Position numbers and translations under genes: made by a program | IMG/VR virus record: IMGVR_UViG_3300033144_001147 | Location: 1-61,738 of that record | Length of the DNA: 61,738 nt | Source: a virus | Taxonomy: Duplodnaviria; Caudoviricetes | Direction: 5' to 3' (one strand) | The notes under the pieces: generated by a model | Seen by the model: the letters and a program-made list of their open reading frames with translations, nothing else | Told to the model about the DNA's origin: nothing | Databases searched by the model: none | Shown: positions 10,684-20,130 of the stretch, in pieces | Layout: the number at the start of each line of letters is the position of its first letter | Numbering within the stretch: the first letter of the stretch is position 1

Positions 10684-11616
10684 TTATTTTAACCATTTAT
10701 CCTGGCCTCTTAAATTCATCAAGAGTCTTCCAGGGTGTATATTACTTAATCTTAATTTTGCATTACGAAGCAAGGAGGATTTATCCTTTCTTGCTCGATT
10801 AACTACATATTCCTGAACCCCGAATCTACCATTCAAAATAGCAAATTTAATATATGCGTATATAAATTCTTCAAACATTTTATTTACACTTACACTGGAG
10901 TCATCGCCATTCTCCATGCCGTCTGAAACATATTCTAATACTACCATTTGTCCCGACATAACTGAATTAAAGTTAATGACCCCTCCTTTTTTATTTATAC
11001 TAAAGGTAGGGTTTATATTTGCGGTTTCAGTGTTTAATCCAAACCTGTCACCTATTTGATAGTCAAAATACCAACAGCCATCTACACACCATCCTTGCTG
11101 ACCATTATACTGACCTTCTCCTAAATACATTGTTTTTTGATTTCCATTTAATCGTTGTGTGTCCCAAAACGAATCACTTGGCTTTAATACGTTGCCATCT
11201 ATATCGAATAAAACCCTGCAATTATGGTCTTGTAAATACGCTCCACTCCAATTAGTTTGAATGTTTTCCGTTAAAGGATATAACATTCCATCTTTTTCCC
11301 AGGAGATTCTTACCCAGTTTACATAATCTGGAGGAAGAACAAATCTAAGAGTATCACAGACTGTTAATTCTAATATCTTAATTTCTTTCATCGCATCATA
11401 GTTTAACTCCTGAATACCTCTCTTTGCATGAAACAAAACTTGATATCTATTTACATTATTAATAATTTCATTGTTTCCTTGAAACATTAACATGAAGTTG
11501 TTTACAATATCCTCTAAAGAAACATACTGATATGAACCCCAATTCGCGTCTGAAGGACTTGCGTATGGTGGTCCAATATTATTTTCGTAATAAACGTAAT
11601 CTGTAATATATGCCAT
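10684..11616 (-). CDS. Tail ring/adaptor protein, 310 aa
   Basis: LPPDYVNWVRI motif; lies between capsid and nozzle genes. Confidence 0.6.
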   Translation of the reverse strand: MAYITDYVYYENNIGPPYASPSDANWGSYQYVSLEDIVNNFMLMFQGNNEIINNVNRYQVLFHAKRGIQELNYDAMKEIKILELTVCDTLRFVLPPDYVNWVRISWEKDGMLYPLTENIQTNWSGAYLQDHNCRVLFDIDGNVLKPSDSFWDTQRLNGNQKTMYLGEGQYNGQQGWCVDGCWYFDYQIGDRFGLNTETANINPTFSINKKGGVINFNSVMSGQMVVLEYVSDGMENGDDSSVSVNKMFEEFIYAYIKFAILNGRFGVQEYVVNRARKDKSSLLRNAKLRLSNIHPGRLLMNLRGQDKWLK

Positions 11617-11618
11617 AA

Positions 11619-12572
11619 TTAACTGCTTTCTGATATTTCGTTACCTTCTTCTGTTTTCCCAAAATTATATACGTCTGCTTCTCTAATTTCTATACCTACA
11701 TATTGACATATTTTCGCAATAAGCGTTGGCTCATCTGAGTCTGGTAATTCAAACTCTTGAAAATCTGTCTGCGTAGGGTCAAACTGCGGTTCTCCTATAA
11801 CTAAATTTGTCCACGTCCATCTTGGAGTAAGTGGGTATCTTATGTATTGAGATCTGATAGCTCCTGCCTGTAATATAGTAGTAGGATATACTGTAATAGT
11901 ATTTCCATCCAACACATACGCTGGGTAAGTTGTGGTTGGAGCTGTCAACATAGAATTTGTTAAATAAAATATTTTACTTTGATTAACTCTTTCTACCTCT
12001 CTAATTTTAGTATCTGCATAAATAACATAAGTTTCAGGAGTAGCTGTAAATATATCTGCGCTTAATGTTATTGTAGTGGTGTTAACTACTCCAGTTACAT
12101 AAGCCTCTTGAAATGTAGTGGTGTTAACCACTATACTACCAGGAAGCGGAGTAGGAGCTGACGCAGGGATAGTAGTCCATCCTACTGCTGCCGCGTCTAT
12201 TAACTGATTAGCTGCTACCGCACTATTTGTTCCTGTAAATAAAGGGGTAGAATAATAAAATAACTTATTTATTAAGTAATAATCATTAGGTAAATTATAA
12301 GTATTAGCATTATTTTGAGGTAAAAACACTTGAGTTGAAAAAGTGTCTATTACCTCTACTAACCCTTTAATTATATCTGCATAACCACTTCCAGACATTC
12401 TCGAGTTCTGCTTATTAATCCAATTATTATAAGCATAAAAATAATCTTCAAACATATCAATTTGAGCTTGTTTTGCATAAAGATTAAAATCTTGTGGAGA
12501 AATGTATCCGTAGTTATTCTTATTAGCTATCGCTAAAACGGTATTTCTTACTTCATTAATAGATGCTGCCAT
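11619..12572 (-). CDS. Tail ring/adaptor protein, 317 aa
   Basis: NKNNYGYISPQDFN...YIRYPLTPRW...FELP pattern; position. Confidence 0.6.
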   Translation of the reverse strand: MAASINEVRNTVLAIANKNNYGYISPQDFNLYAKQAQIDMFEDYFYAYNNWINKQNSRMSGSGYADIIKGLVEVIDTFSTQVFLPQNNANTYNLPNDYYLINKLFYYSTPLFTGTNSAVAANQLIDAAAVGWTTIPASAPTPLPGSIVVNTTTFQEAYVTGVVNTTTITLSADIFTATPETYVIYADTKIREVERVNQSKIFYLTNSMLTAPTTTYPAYVLDGNTITVYPTTILQAGAIRSQYIRYPLTPRWTWTNLVIGEPQFDPTQTDFQEFELPDSDEPTLIAKICQYVGIEIREADVYNFGKTEEGNEISESS

Positions 12573-12590
12573 ACTCTCTAAACATTTTTA

Positions 12591-12598
12591 CAAAGATA
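12591..12598 (-). promoter_or_regulatory. -7 promoter element, TATCTTTG
   Basis: TAnnTTTG upstream of 12572. Confidence 0.65.
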
Positions 12599-12600
12599 GT

Positions 12601-12640
12601 AAAAAAAAAGAGGCCTACTTTTTTTGTAAGCCTCTCTTTT
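12601..12640 (-). terminator. Intrinsic terminator, possibly bidirectional
   Basis: AGAGGC/GCCTCT stem flanked by A9 and T4. Confidence 0.65.
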
Positions 12641-12657
12641 AAAATGTCAATATCAAC

Positions 12658-13452
12658 TTATGACCAAGTAAATGATGCTGCCCATTGAACCCCTTGAGTA
12701 CCACTGGATACCGTTAAAGGCATATCTTCAGTGTTAACTTGCCATTGAGACTTCATACATTCTAATGCCACTTCTTTAAACTTAATAAAGTAAGCATCAT
12801 CACTTACAGCATCTCCCATAGCGATAACTAATTTTTGGCTGGTAGCTCCTCTTTTATAATGAACTGTTACTTCTCCATCAGCAACGTTACCTCTAATTTC
12901 AGTAGCGTTATCTAATCTCACCTGGTTCTTACCATGAGCCCCTTTATCGGATAAGATAAAAAAGTCATCTCCATTAAGAATACCAAAAGTAATTCCTGTC
13001 AAAACAAGAGTAGTATCATCTGCAACTTCAGCTATTATATAGTTTTCATTAGAAGTAACATTACAAACTAAATCCCCTACAGATACATTCTCTGTAAAAG
13101 TAGCTCCTGACAATACACATTTAGAAGCGTCTGCCGCTGCTATAATAGAATAAGCTGTTCCAGAAGCAGATAAACCTCCTGTCCCTGTAGCTGCAACTGC
13201 TGGTCCTTTAATACTTAAAACAGTATCGCTATCTACCGCTGTTACTAAAGCCCAGCTTCTTTTAGCGTAAGCTCCTACTGCGGTTGTAATAACAGCATAA
13301 TCTCCTACATTAACTGTAGTTGTAAAGTTTTGACCTGCTTCAGTTAGTTTTCCTTCTGTAGCAGCACTTGTTGTACCTGAATCCACAGCAGCTGCATTTG
13401 TTGCTGTCGATCCCGGGTACATTTGTATAGGTACATTAATATATCTCTCCAT
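12658..13452 (-). CDS. Virion structural/decoration protein, 264 aa
   Basis: Two copies of a beta module inserted in a domain resembling the adjacent 91-aa protein. Confidence 0.55.
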   Translation of the reverse strand: MERYINVPIQMYPGSTATNAAAVDSGTTSAATEGKLTEAGQNFTTTVNVGDYAVITTAVGAYAKRSWALVTAVDSDTVLSIKGPAVAATGTGGLSASGTAYSIIAAADASKCVLSGATFTENVSVGDLVCNVTSNENYIIAEVADDTTLVLTGITFGILNGDDFFILSDKGAHGKNQVRLDNATEIRGNVADGEVTVHYKRGATSQKLVIAMGDAVSDDAYFIKFKEVALECMKSQWQVNTEDMPLTVSSGTQGVQWAASFTWS

Positions 13453-13457
13453 CTTAC

Positions 13458-13733
13458 TTAGGCTATTACTACTGCACTAACCGCTTTAGCTGGAACCCAT
13501 GCAAATGCAACATCAGTCCAAGAAGTTTTTAAAGCTTCTTCCATAGCGTTTTGTACATCATCTCTCATTTCATTAACGAAAGCTTCTGCAGCGTGTTCAA
13601 GTTCAGCAGTGTTACCACTATTGTAAGTGATTGTTGTTTTCGTTGTAGATGTTTTTGTAACTGCAATCACATCAGAACAACTGATGAGCATGTTTGTTTC
13701 TCCCGTTACCGGAGTGTCTAAAAATTTGTCCAT
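13458..13733 (-). CDS. Small virion protein, 91 aa
   Basis: Clean ORF with its own -7 element (13763-13770). Confidence 0.6.
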   Translation of the reverse strand: MDKFLDTPVTGETNMLISCSDVIAVTKTSTTKTTITYNSGNTAELEHAAEAFVNEMRDDVQNAMEEALKTSWTDVAFAWVPAKAVSAVVIA

Positions 13734-13791
13734 AATTAATAATTTTAATGGTTAATAAAGCGCAAAGATAAGTAAAAAAGAAATAAGAATT

Positions 13792-14091
13792 TTAGACCCA
13801 ACCTCCTAATAGACCCCCAGAATTGCTGGTGTAAATTTCAACAGGATAAAATTGTTGTTGCTCCCCTCCTTTTATAGCCGCAACAATTGCTCGGTTAATA
13901 GTCTCCTTAAGACCTTCTTGTTCGCCTAACTGCACAGCTATAGCTAATACAGAAGAAGTTCCTTTGTAATGATAAGAAACAATAGACCCAGCGGTATTTG
14001 CTCCTATCAATCCTTTTAAAGGAATTAAAACAGGAACGGTAGCTGAAATATTAGGCTGGGTTATTTTAAGGTATATATTTTTTTGATTCAT
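13792..14091 (-). CDS. Small virion protein, 99 aa, possible distant paralogue of 13458..13733
   Basis: Similar length and pattern; -7 element TATATTTG at 14096-14103. Confidence 0.55.
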   Translation of the reverse strand: MNQKNIYLKITQPNISATVPVLIPLKGLIGANTAGSIVSYHYKGTSSVLAIAVQLGEQEGLKETINRAIVAAIKGGEQQQFYPVEIYTSNSGGLLGGWV

Positions 14092-14105
14092 ACTGCAAAT
14101 ATAGT

Positions 14106-14137
14106 AAAAAAAAACATCCCCTTAGGGATGCTTCTTT
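14106..14137 (-). terminator. Intrinsic terminator
   Basis: CATCCC/GGGATG stem followed by T9 on the minus strand. Confidence 0.75.
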
Positions 14138-14140
14138 ATC

Positions 14141-14938
14141 TTACTCTTCGTCTTTCTCAGACTTCTTTTTTTGAGGTTTTTTCTTATCGCCTTTTAACAT
14201 ACGATTTAAAAGCTTATAAGTTTCAACACCCTCATCCGTTTGCATATACGAAGCGACAATATCTTCAGCGTCTTCTCCGTATGGAATAGTTAGCATTTTA
14301 GTTTTGTTGGTAGGTAAATTAAAATACACGTCTCTATTTTTATTTCGTGTAGACAATAAGCCTGCTCCAAAAAACTTAGCCACATCATCATAAACCTGTA
14401 AAGAAGGATCGTTTAGCATATCAATAAATTCTCCAGGATTTTCTCGAGAGAATATCAACATGTCTCTTCTTAATTCAGATGTGCTTCTTTTATCTGCAGC
14501 CGCCCCAAACAGAACTCTCGATAAACTTTCTAAAGTAGTTAAATCTAAATCTTTAGCTAAAATTTGAGCGTCTAAAATAATTTCCTCATATTCTAATTCT
14601 TCAGCTGCATCTTTAGCTTTATTAATTTCCTCAAATACATGCCCGTTTTGTGGGTGGTAATATAAGAACTCTTGAAGAACTTGGTTTCCTCTATCAACAT
14701 TTAAAAACCCATCTTCAAATACAATAGGTTCTAAAATAGCATTTCCATCTTGCTCGTCTTCAAAAGGGCTTTTTTGGTTTCGAGCATAACGTAAAGCTCG
14801 GTTTACACCTTTATCTTCATCAAAATAAAGTAATGGTGTTCTTTTATTGTTGTGGGAAGATAACATAAACGCTAATGGCGCTACGTTTCTTTTTAATCTA
14901 TACTGTTTAGCAACAGCAGTTGTGTTTCTTTTTTTCAT
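14141..14938 (-). CDS. Hypothetical phage protein downstream of the capsid gene, 265 aa
   Basis: Long ORF (LRYARNQKSPFEDEQ, IVFEDGFL); function unknown. Confidence 0.7.
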   Translation of the reverse strand: MKKRNTTAVAKQYRLKRNVAPLAFMLSSHNNKRTPLLYFDEDKGVNRALRYARNQKSPFEDEQDGNAILEPIVFEDGFLNVDRGNQVLQEFLYYHPQNGHVFEEINKAKDAAEELEYEEIILDAQILAKDLDLTTLESLSRVLFGAAADKRSTSELRRDMLIFSRENPGEFIDMLNDPSLQVYDDVAKFFGAGLLSTRNKNRDVYFNLPTNKTKMLTIPYGEDAEDIVASYMQTDEGVETYKLLNRMLKGDKKKPQKKKSEKDEE

Positions 14939-14961
14939 TTTATTATAATTTAATTAAAGTT

Positions 14962-14992
14962 AAAAAAAAGGGGAGGAGGTTAATCCTCCCCT
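14962..14992 (-). terminator. Intrinsic terminator after the major capsid gene
   Basis: AGGGGAGGA/TCCTCCCCT 9-bp stem then T-run on the minus strand. Confidence 0.85.
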
Positions 14993-15008
14993 AAATTAAT
15001 GATACTTA

Positions 15009-16457
15009 TTAGTCTCTAAATAAGAAGAAGTTGTTTGCACCTAAAGTACAACAAGCTCTTTCAGATAAGAAGTTAACTTGCATCTTGTCTATATCAGACG
15101 TTCTCGCTCCACCAGCAGAACCAGTGATCCAAGTTTTGTAACGTCTATCTTCAGTTTCAGAAGCTCTATATCTAACATGTAAGAATGGTCTCTTAGCGTT
15201 CTTACCTAAGATTTGGTCATAAACTGTAGTTGAACCAGCAGGAACTAAAAGCCCGTTGATTGCACCACCTGTTAAACCACCTCTCATAGTAGGATCGTTT
15301 AAGTATTTCCAGTCCGACTTATAGAAGTCATAACCTCTACGGAATCCTGTGAATCCTAAGTTAAGAGCCATATCTTCATCATTATCAAATAAACCATACG
15401 AAGTACCACCCGCTCCATAAGAGTTTTGTGCCGCTAACATATCGTCAATGTCAAATGAGAAATCTCTATTTACGAAAATAACATTTTCTTCAATAGCTCC
15501 TTGCTTATCTAATCTTTGGATTACTGAATCAAAACCTGCAAGAGCAACTGGGTTACCACCACTCCATACATTTCCTCGCGTGTTAACTACATGGAAAACT
15601 CCTTCAGAACCTTTGTTTCCTACTGGAGCTACAGCCGCTGCTGCACCAGAACCTGCTACTGCTGGAACTGCTTCAACCATTGCTGTTTCAAGATAGTCTT
15701 CAAAACGAAGTCTTGTTTCGTGCTCAGACTTTAAGTACCAAAGGTATCCTGTACCTCCGTTTTCTGTACTTATCTCTACCCATCCAATTTGTGCCATGTC
15801 AGAACCACTTACTTCATAAGTATCCTTAATGATGATTGGAGAGTTTTCGAATATAAAGTCTTGAGACTCTAATGAACCAACCATACCTGGCTGACCTTTA
15901 GCAAATTCAGACCCATAAACAAATACACTTACAGTTGAAGCTGCTGCATAAGCTGCTTGTGTTGCTTCGTAGTAAGCTACTGTTATAGAGAATGGAGCAC
16001 CTGCTCCTGAATTAGCTGTTACAATCGCTTTATTACTTAAAGTTGAACCTGCTGTCTCATCAGATATCATAATAGTTTGACCTACTCTGATAGCTGCAAA
16101 ACCATTAGCCGGAGCTGATGATGCTGGAGGAGAAGCTGGATTAACCTGTGCTGTAGGGATTGTAATAGTTTGTGTAGTTTCCGCACCTGTGTAGGTAGCT
16201 AACGTACACGCTGTATATTTAGTGTGCAACCTTCCTTGTTCAGCCCATTTTATAAGGTCTGAGTTTGAAGGCATTTCAGCGCCTACCATTCTTAAGAATG
16301 ATGCTACTGTTCTGTTACCATAACGCTCAAATTCTTTTTCATAAGTATCAGGAAGATACTGATTCAAAAAATTAAAGTTAGTTAGGTAGTTTGAGGCTAA
16401 AGCGACTTGCTGCGCACTTGGTTGCAAATCAAAGCCTGGTGTTCCTAATACTGCCAT
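15009..16457 (-). CDS. Major capsid protein, 482 aa
   Basis: Follows portal and scaffold; QYLPDTYEKEFERYG, WAEQGRLH, WYLKSEHETRLRFEDYLE; strong terminator downstream. Confidence 0.85.
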   Translation of the reverse strand: MAVLGTPGFDLQPSAQQVALASNYLTNFNFLNQYLPDTYEKEFERYGNRTVASFLRMVGAEMPSNSDLIKWAEQGRLHTKYTACTLATYTGAETTQTITIPTAQVNPASPPASSAPANGFAAIRVGQTIMISDETAGSTLSNKAIVTANSGAGAPFSITVAYYEATQAAYAAASTVSVFVYGSEFAKGQPGMVGSLESQDFIFENSPIIIKDTYEVSGSDMAQIGWVEISTENGGTGYLWYLKSEHETRLRFEDYLETAMVEAVPAVAGSGAAAAVAPVGNKGSEGVFHVVNTRGNVWSGGNPVALAGFDSVIQRLDKQGAIEENVIFVNRDFSFDIDDMLAAQNSYGAGGTSYGLFDNDEDMALNLGFTGFRRGYDFYKSDWKYLNDPTMRGGLTGGAINGLLVPAGSTTVYDQILGKNAKRPFLHVRYRASETEDRRYKTWITGSAGGARTSDIDKMQVNFLSERACCTLGANNFFLFRD

Positions 16458-16476
16458 AATTTCTAAATTTTTTTAA

Positions 16477-17637
16477 TTATACTTTTTTTATACTTCTAAT
16501 TTTGAGTCCTTTTCCACTGCTTGAGTCGCCTACCGATCTAATCTTTAAACCATCTTTACTGAAACTTTGTGGAGTTTTACGCATATCCATATTAATGTTT
16601 TTTGACTTCTTAGTAACATCATCTACAGCTGCGGTCATTCCTTGATTGTAACAAAATTCAGCAAACTTGTCTAAATTCATCGCTACAGACATAGCTTTAT
16701 GATATCCTTGAGGGTCAGTCATTAGTCCGCTTTCTTTATCCATGAATTTACCCACGAAATTATTAACATCAGACTGTTTACTTTTTAACTCATCTCTATC
16801 ACCCGGCTTGAAGGTAAAATTTTTGTCTCCGATATTGAACTCAAAACCTTTGAACTCATCGTTAAAAACCTCGTTGGTTTTATTTACAAAATAATCGTAC
16901 CTTTTTTTCTGCGCTTCCTGTGCACTTTTCGATTCCTCTATATAACTTTTATAGCCTTCTATCTCTTTCTTCTCATCGGCTGACAATCCACCCCCGCTTG
17001 ACCCAAGAGGAGCTTTATATTTGTCTCGCTGTTCAGTTAGAAACTTTTTAGCTTTAACAAGTTCTCTTTTTTTAGCTAACTGCTTTTTCTTAATATCTTT
17101 TGGTTCGTCCAAATCTTCATCGTAAGAAAATTTATCCTCAATGATATCTTGAATATCCTCACTATCTAAACCTTCTTCAGTGGTTTTATAGTAAGCTGTT
17201 AGCACTTTGTCTCCGTCCATTTCTTCGTAGTCTTTTTGTAATTCTACAAAGTCATTGATACCTCGACCTGTTTCTTTTTTATATTTAAAATATGCCGCTA
17301 CATCTTCTGGTAAGTCTTCATTTGTTTCTTTCGCATCAAATAATTGATCTACCGATTCGATATCTTTATCATATCTTTTTTTAATATAAGAAAGAACTTC
17401 TGCATCATTTAACTCTGGTGCGGGAGTTTCTTCTTGTGCTTCTCCTTCCGATTGTACTTCTTTTTGTTCCGGAATGGTTTCGGCACTCGTAGAGCTTGTA
17501 TCCACTCGCTCCACGTTAGGGTTACTTTCTGTATCTTGGAATTTTTCTTCATGTTCCTTAAGTAATTTTTCTTCTACTTCTACTTTGGATTTTTCAGCTC
17601 CCGATACGTCTTTTACTGTAAATTTATTCTCTTCCAT
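16477..17637 (-). CDS. Capsid scaffolding protein, 386 aa
   Basis: Acidic and helical, between portal and capsid; -7 element TAACTTTG at 17658-17665. Confidence 0.75.
   Translation of the reverse strand: MEENKFTVKDVSGAEKSKVEVEEKLLKEHEEKFQDTESNPNVERVDTSSTSAETIPEQKEVQSEGEAQEETPAPELNDAEVLSYIKKRYDKDIESVDQLFDAKETNEDLPEDVAAYFKYKKETGRGINDFVELQKDYEEMDGDKVLTAYYKTTEEGLDSEDIQDIIEDKFSYDEDLDEPKDIKKKQLAKKRELVKAKKFLTEQRDKYKAPLGSSGGGLSADEKKEIEGYKSYIEESKSAQEAQKKRYDYFVNKTNEVFNDEFKGFEFNIGDKNFTFKPGDRDELKSKQSDVNNFVGKFMDKESGLMTDPQGYHKAMSVAMNLDKFAEFCYNQGMTAAVDDVTKKSKNINMDMRKTPQSFSKDGLKIRSVGDSSSGKGLKIRSIKKV
17409..17552 (-). CDS. Overprinted 47-aa basic peptide (ArfA-like) in the +1 frame of the scaffold gene
   Basis: MKKNSKIQKVTLTWSEWIQALRVPKPFRNKKKYNRKEKHKKKLPHQS; ATG preceded by TAAGGAAC. 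Confidence 0.6.
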   Translation of the reverse strand: MKKNSKIQKVTLTWSEWIQALRVPKPFRNKKKYNRKEKHKKKLPHQS

Positions 17638-17694
17638 TTTATTTAATTTAATTTTTACAAAGTTAATACTAATTTTATTATATTTTTAAGCCAA

Positions 17695-20130
17695 TTATCT
17701 TGGATTAAATTCAGCTAAGTCAAATCCATCTAAACTGTCTTCGTTAGATTCAAAGTTCATAGCTGGTAAGTTTCTTTTACGTTGTTCAATCATTTTAGAC
17801 TGCTGAGTATTACCTTCAGCAATTCTTTGAGATTTACCTTTTTCTTTTCTTTCTTCTCGCATATCTATCTGTTGTTGCTCTTGACCTCTAAGCTGCATAT
17901 TGTAATTAAATTCAGCATCCATTAATCTACGTTTTAACTGAGCTTCATTATTTTGCTTTTCAATCTCAAAAGCAATCTCTGCTTGTTTAATTTGTATTTT
18001 AGCTTGTATCTCGGCTTGAGTTTGTTGCATTTTAGCTTGAGCCGCTTGTTGTTGCAACTGTTGTTGTTGCTGACCTTGCATAGCTTGTTTTTGTTGCTCT
18101 TGCGCTTGTTTCTCGGCAGCACTTTGTTTTCTTTTAACTTTCAGAAGTTGATTAGCTAATTTTAAATTATTAATAGTTCTAATATCAATAGCATCCTCTA
18201 AATCAATTCCTTGTTGTTGAAGAGCCATCTGAATGTTAGCTTCGAGTTGTTGTTTCTCCTCTTCATCCGGAGACATTTCTATAAATATACCAAAGTCATA
18301 TAGGTATAAATTTTTAATCTCCTCCAGTATTCCCATATTATATTTACCTATCTGCATAGCAAACTCGTCTTTAAAATCCGCATACTCTAAAATATCTGCA
18401 GTTCTTATAGATAAACATTCCGCTAATGTTTTAGTTATATATAAACTTGCATTTAATATATGTCGAGTAGCTACATTAGAATTTAAAGCAGCTAACTTTT
18501 GAATCCCCACTAAAGAATTAGGGTCCGGAGTAGAGGCATCTCGAGCTTCATTTAATCCTGTTACCTGCCTTAACATCCCTAAGTAATGATTATAATTACC
18601 TACCAACATCTGCATTTTACTTTGCCCACTACTTGATGTTAATTGACTAATAGGCTGTCTGGCATTATTAAATTCTCCATCCTGAGTATAACTTCTTCCT
18701 ACTACACTACCAGTCTGGAAATATAACCTCAACGCATCCTCTGGATTATATGCAGCTCCAGTTCCTAAATCAACTTCGCTTAATCCGTCCGCGTCAATAA
18801 ATACCCCATCTGGAACAACTTTAGAAACAACTTGTTGTATTTTTAAATGAGTTAATTGTATAAGGTCCGCAAAAGGAATCATTCTTCTTACTAAAGATTC
18901 TAACGTTCCTTTATATAACTTAGGAGCACAGGCTACATAATTAGGCATTGCAAATTGGTTGGCAGAATTAGGCCTCACCATATTCTCCATCATTTTCCAT
19001 TCTAAAATAATATTCGTACCCATAACCATTACTCCTTCATACCATACATCAATCTTTTTTTCTACTCTTTCAAACTTACCTTCTTCCATCATCTCTGGAG
19101 GAGGGTTAAACTGGTCGTCTTTTTGCACTGTCTTAAACGTACCTTCCGCCACTTGTTTTTTCTTATACACAAAAGTGTTAGTAGTTTTGTAATTAAAGTA
19201 GAGTAATGTACATGTGTCTCGAGCAAACATACTGTTCTCGTACATAGCCGCTACATTATAATAATCATACCAAGCTTGACTATACTTAGAAATTTCCTCC
19301 ATCTCTTCGTTAGTAATCTCAGGATCTATTTTTACCAACTCCCCGATAGGAACTGTTTTTATTTCTCCCCAATAAAAAGTATCTTTAAAGTATGGGTCCT
19401 CAGTATAGCTATAAACAACATTGGCTGGGTCTACATATTCTACTCTTATACCATCACCTTTCTGGAACATGTGTTTAGTAATACCTATTCCTAAAGTAGT
19501 TATATCATAATCCACACGTTTACGAGTGTCGTTATAATGGTTTTCCTCCATCATAGTATTAATAGCAATCTCATTAGCAATCTCAATTCCAGGCTTGTAG
19601 TTTAACTGCATATATAACTCCATCTCAGCGTCAGACTCTGGTAAATTTTTAGGGTCCTGAGAAAACATAGGAACCTGAAAGTCTTTTTCTATTTGTAAAA
19701 ATAAATCTTTCGCTACCACATTCTTTTCTACCTCTCGCTGAAACTCGTTTCTTTTTTCTGCCGACATAGCATCCATAGCTACACAGTTTACATCAAACAT
19801 TCTGTCAGCCATTCCATTTACAACTATATCTACAAATTTAGGGATGATAGGAACAGGAGTCCAGTCTAAATTTAAATAAGACAAGTCCCCATCTATTGAT
19901 AACTCATCTTTATATTTAGCAACAGATTGTTCTCCTCTCGCATATAAACGTAGTCTATGAAATTCTGCCCACTGATTATAGAACCTACAATTATATCCGT
20001 CTTTCCTGAACCATTCGTATTGTATAGCTTGTCCTACTTGCAGTCCAAACTCTTCTGTCTTCTTTTCGCTGTCTGAAACAAATTGGTCGGGAAAAGCAGC
20101 AGCATTGATATCTATTTTTACATTTTTCAT
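17695..20130 (-). CDS. Portal protein, 811 aa
   Basis: Follows terminase; LDWTPVPIIPKFVDIVVNG, TGLNEARD, Q-rich C-terminal coiled coil. Confidence 0.85.
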   Translation of the reverse strand: MKNVKIDINAAAFPDQFVSDSEKKTEEFGLQVGQAIQYEWFRKDGYNCRFYNQWAEFHRLRLYARGEQSVAKYKDELSIDGDLSYLNLDWTPVPIIPKFVDIVVNGMADRMFDVNCVAMDAMSAEKRNEFQREVEKNVVAKDLFLQIEKDFQVPMFSQDPKNLPESDAEMELYMQLNYKPGIEIANEIAINTMMEENHYNDTRKRVDYDITTLGIGITKHMFQKGDGIRVEYVDPANVVYSYTEDPYFKDTFYWGEIKTVPIGELVKIDPEITNEEMEEISKYSQAWYDYYNVAAMYENSMFARDTCTLLYFNYKTTNTFVYKKKQVAEGTFKTVQKDDQFNPPPEMMEEGKFERVEKKIDVWYEGVMVMGTNIILEWKMMENMVRPNSANQFAMPNYVACAPKLYKGTLESLVRRMIPFADLIQLTHLKIQQVVSKVVPDGVFIDADGLSEVDLGTGAAYNPEDALRLYFQTGSVVGRSYTQDGEFNNARQPISQLTSSSGQSKMQMLVGNYNHYLGMLRQVTGLNEARDASTPDPNSLVGIQKLAALNSNVATRHILNASLYITKTLAECLSIRTADILEYADFKDEFAMQIGKYNMGILEEIKNLYLYDFGIFIEMSPDEEEKQQLEANIQMALQQQGIDLEDAIDIRTINNLKLANQLLKVKRKQSAAEKQAQEQQKQAMQGQQQQQLQQQAAQAKMQQTQAEIQAKIQIKQAEIAFEIEKQNNEAQLKRRLMDAEFNYNMQLRGQEQQQIDMREERKEKGKSQRIAEGNTQQSKMIEQRKRNLPAMNFESNEDSLDGFDLAEFNPR

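Noticed and set aside
17934-18122. 62-aa same-strand alternative-frame ORF in the portal gene
   Set aside because: N/K/L low-complexity by-product of the poly-Gln coil, non-ATG start, no motif, unlike the two overprinted ORFs reported
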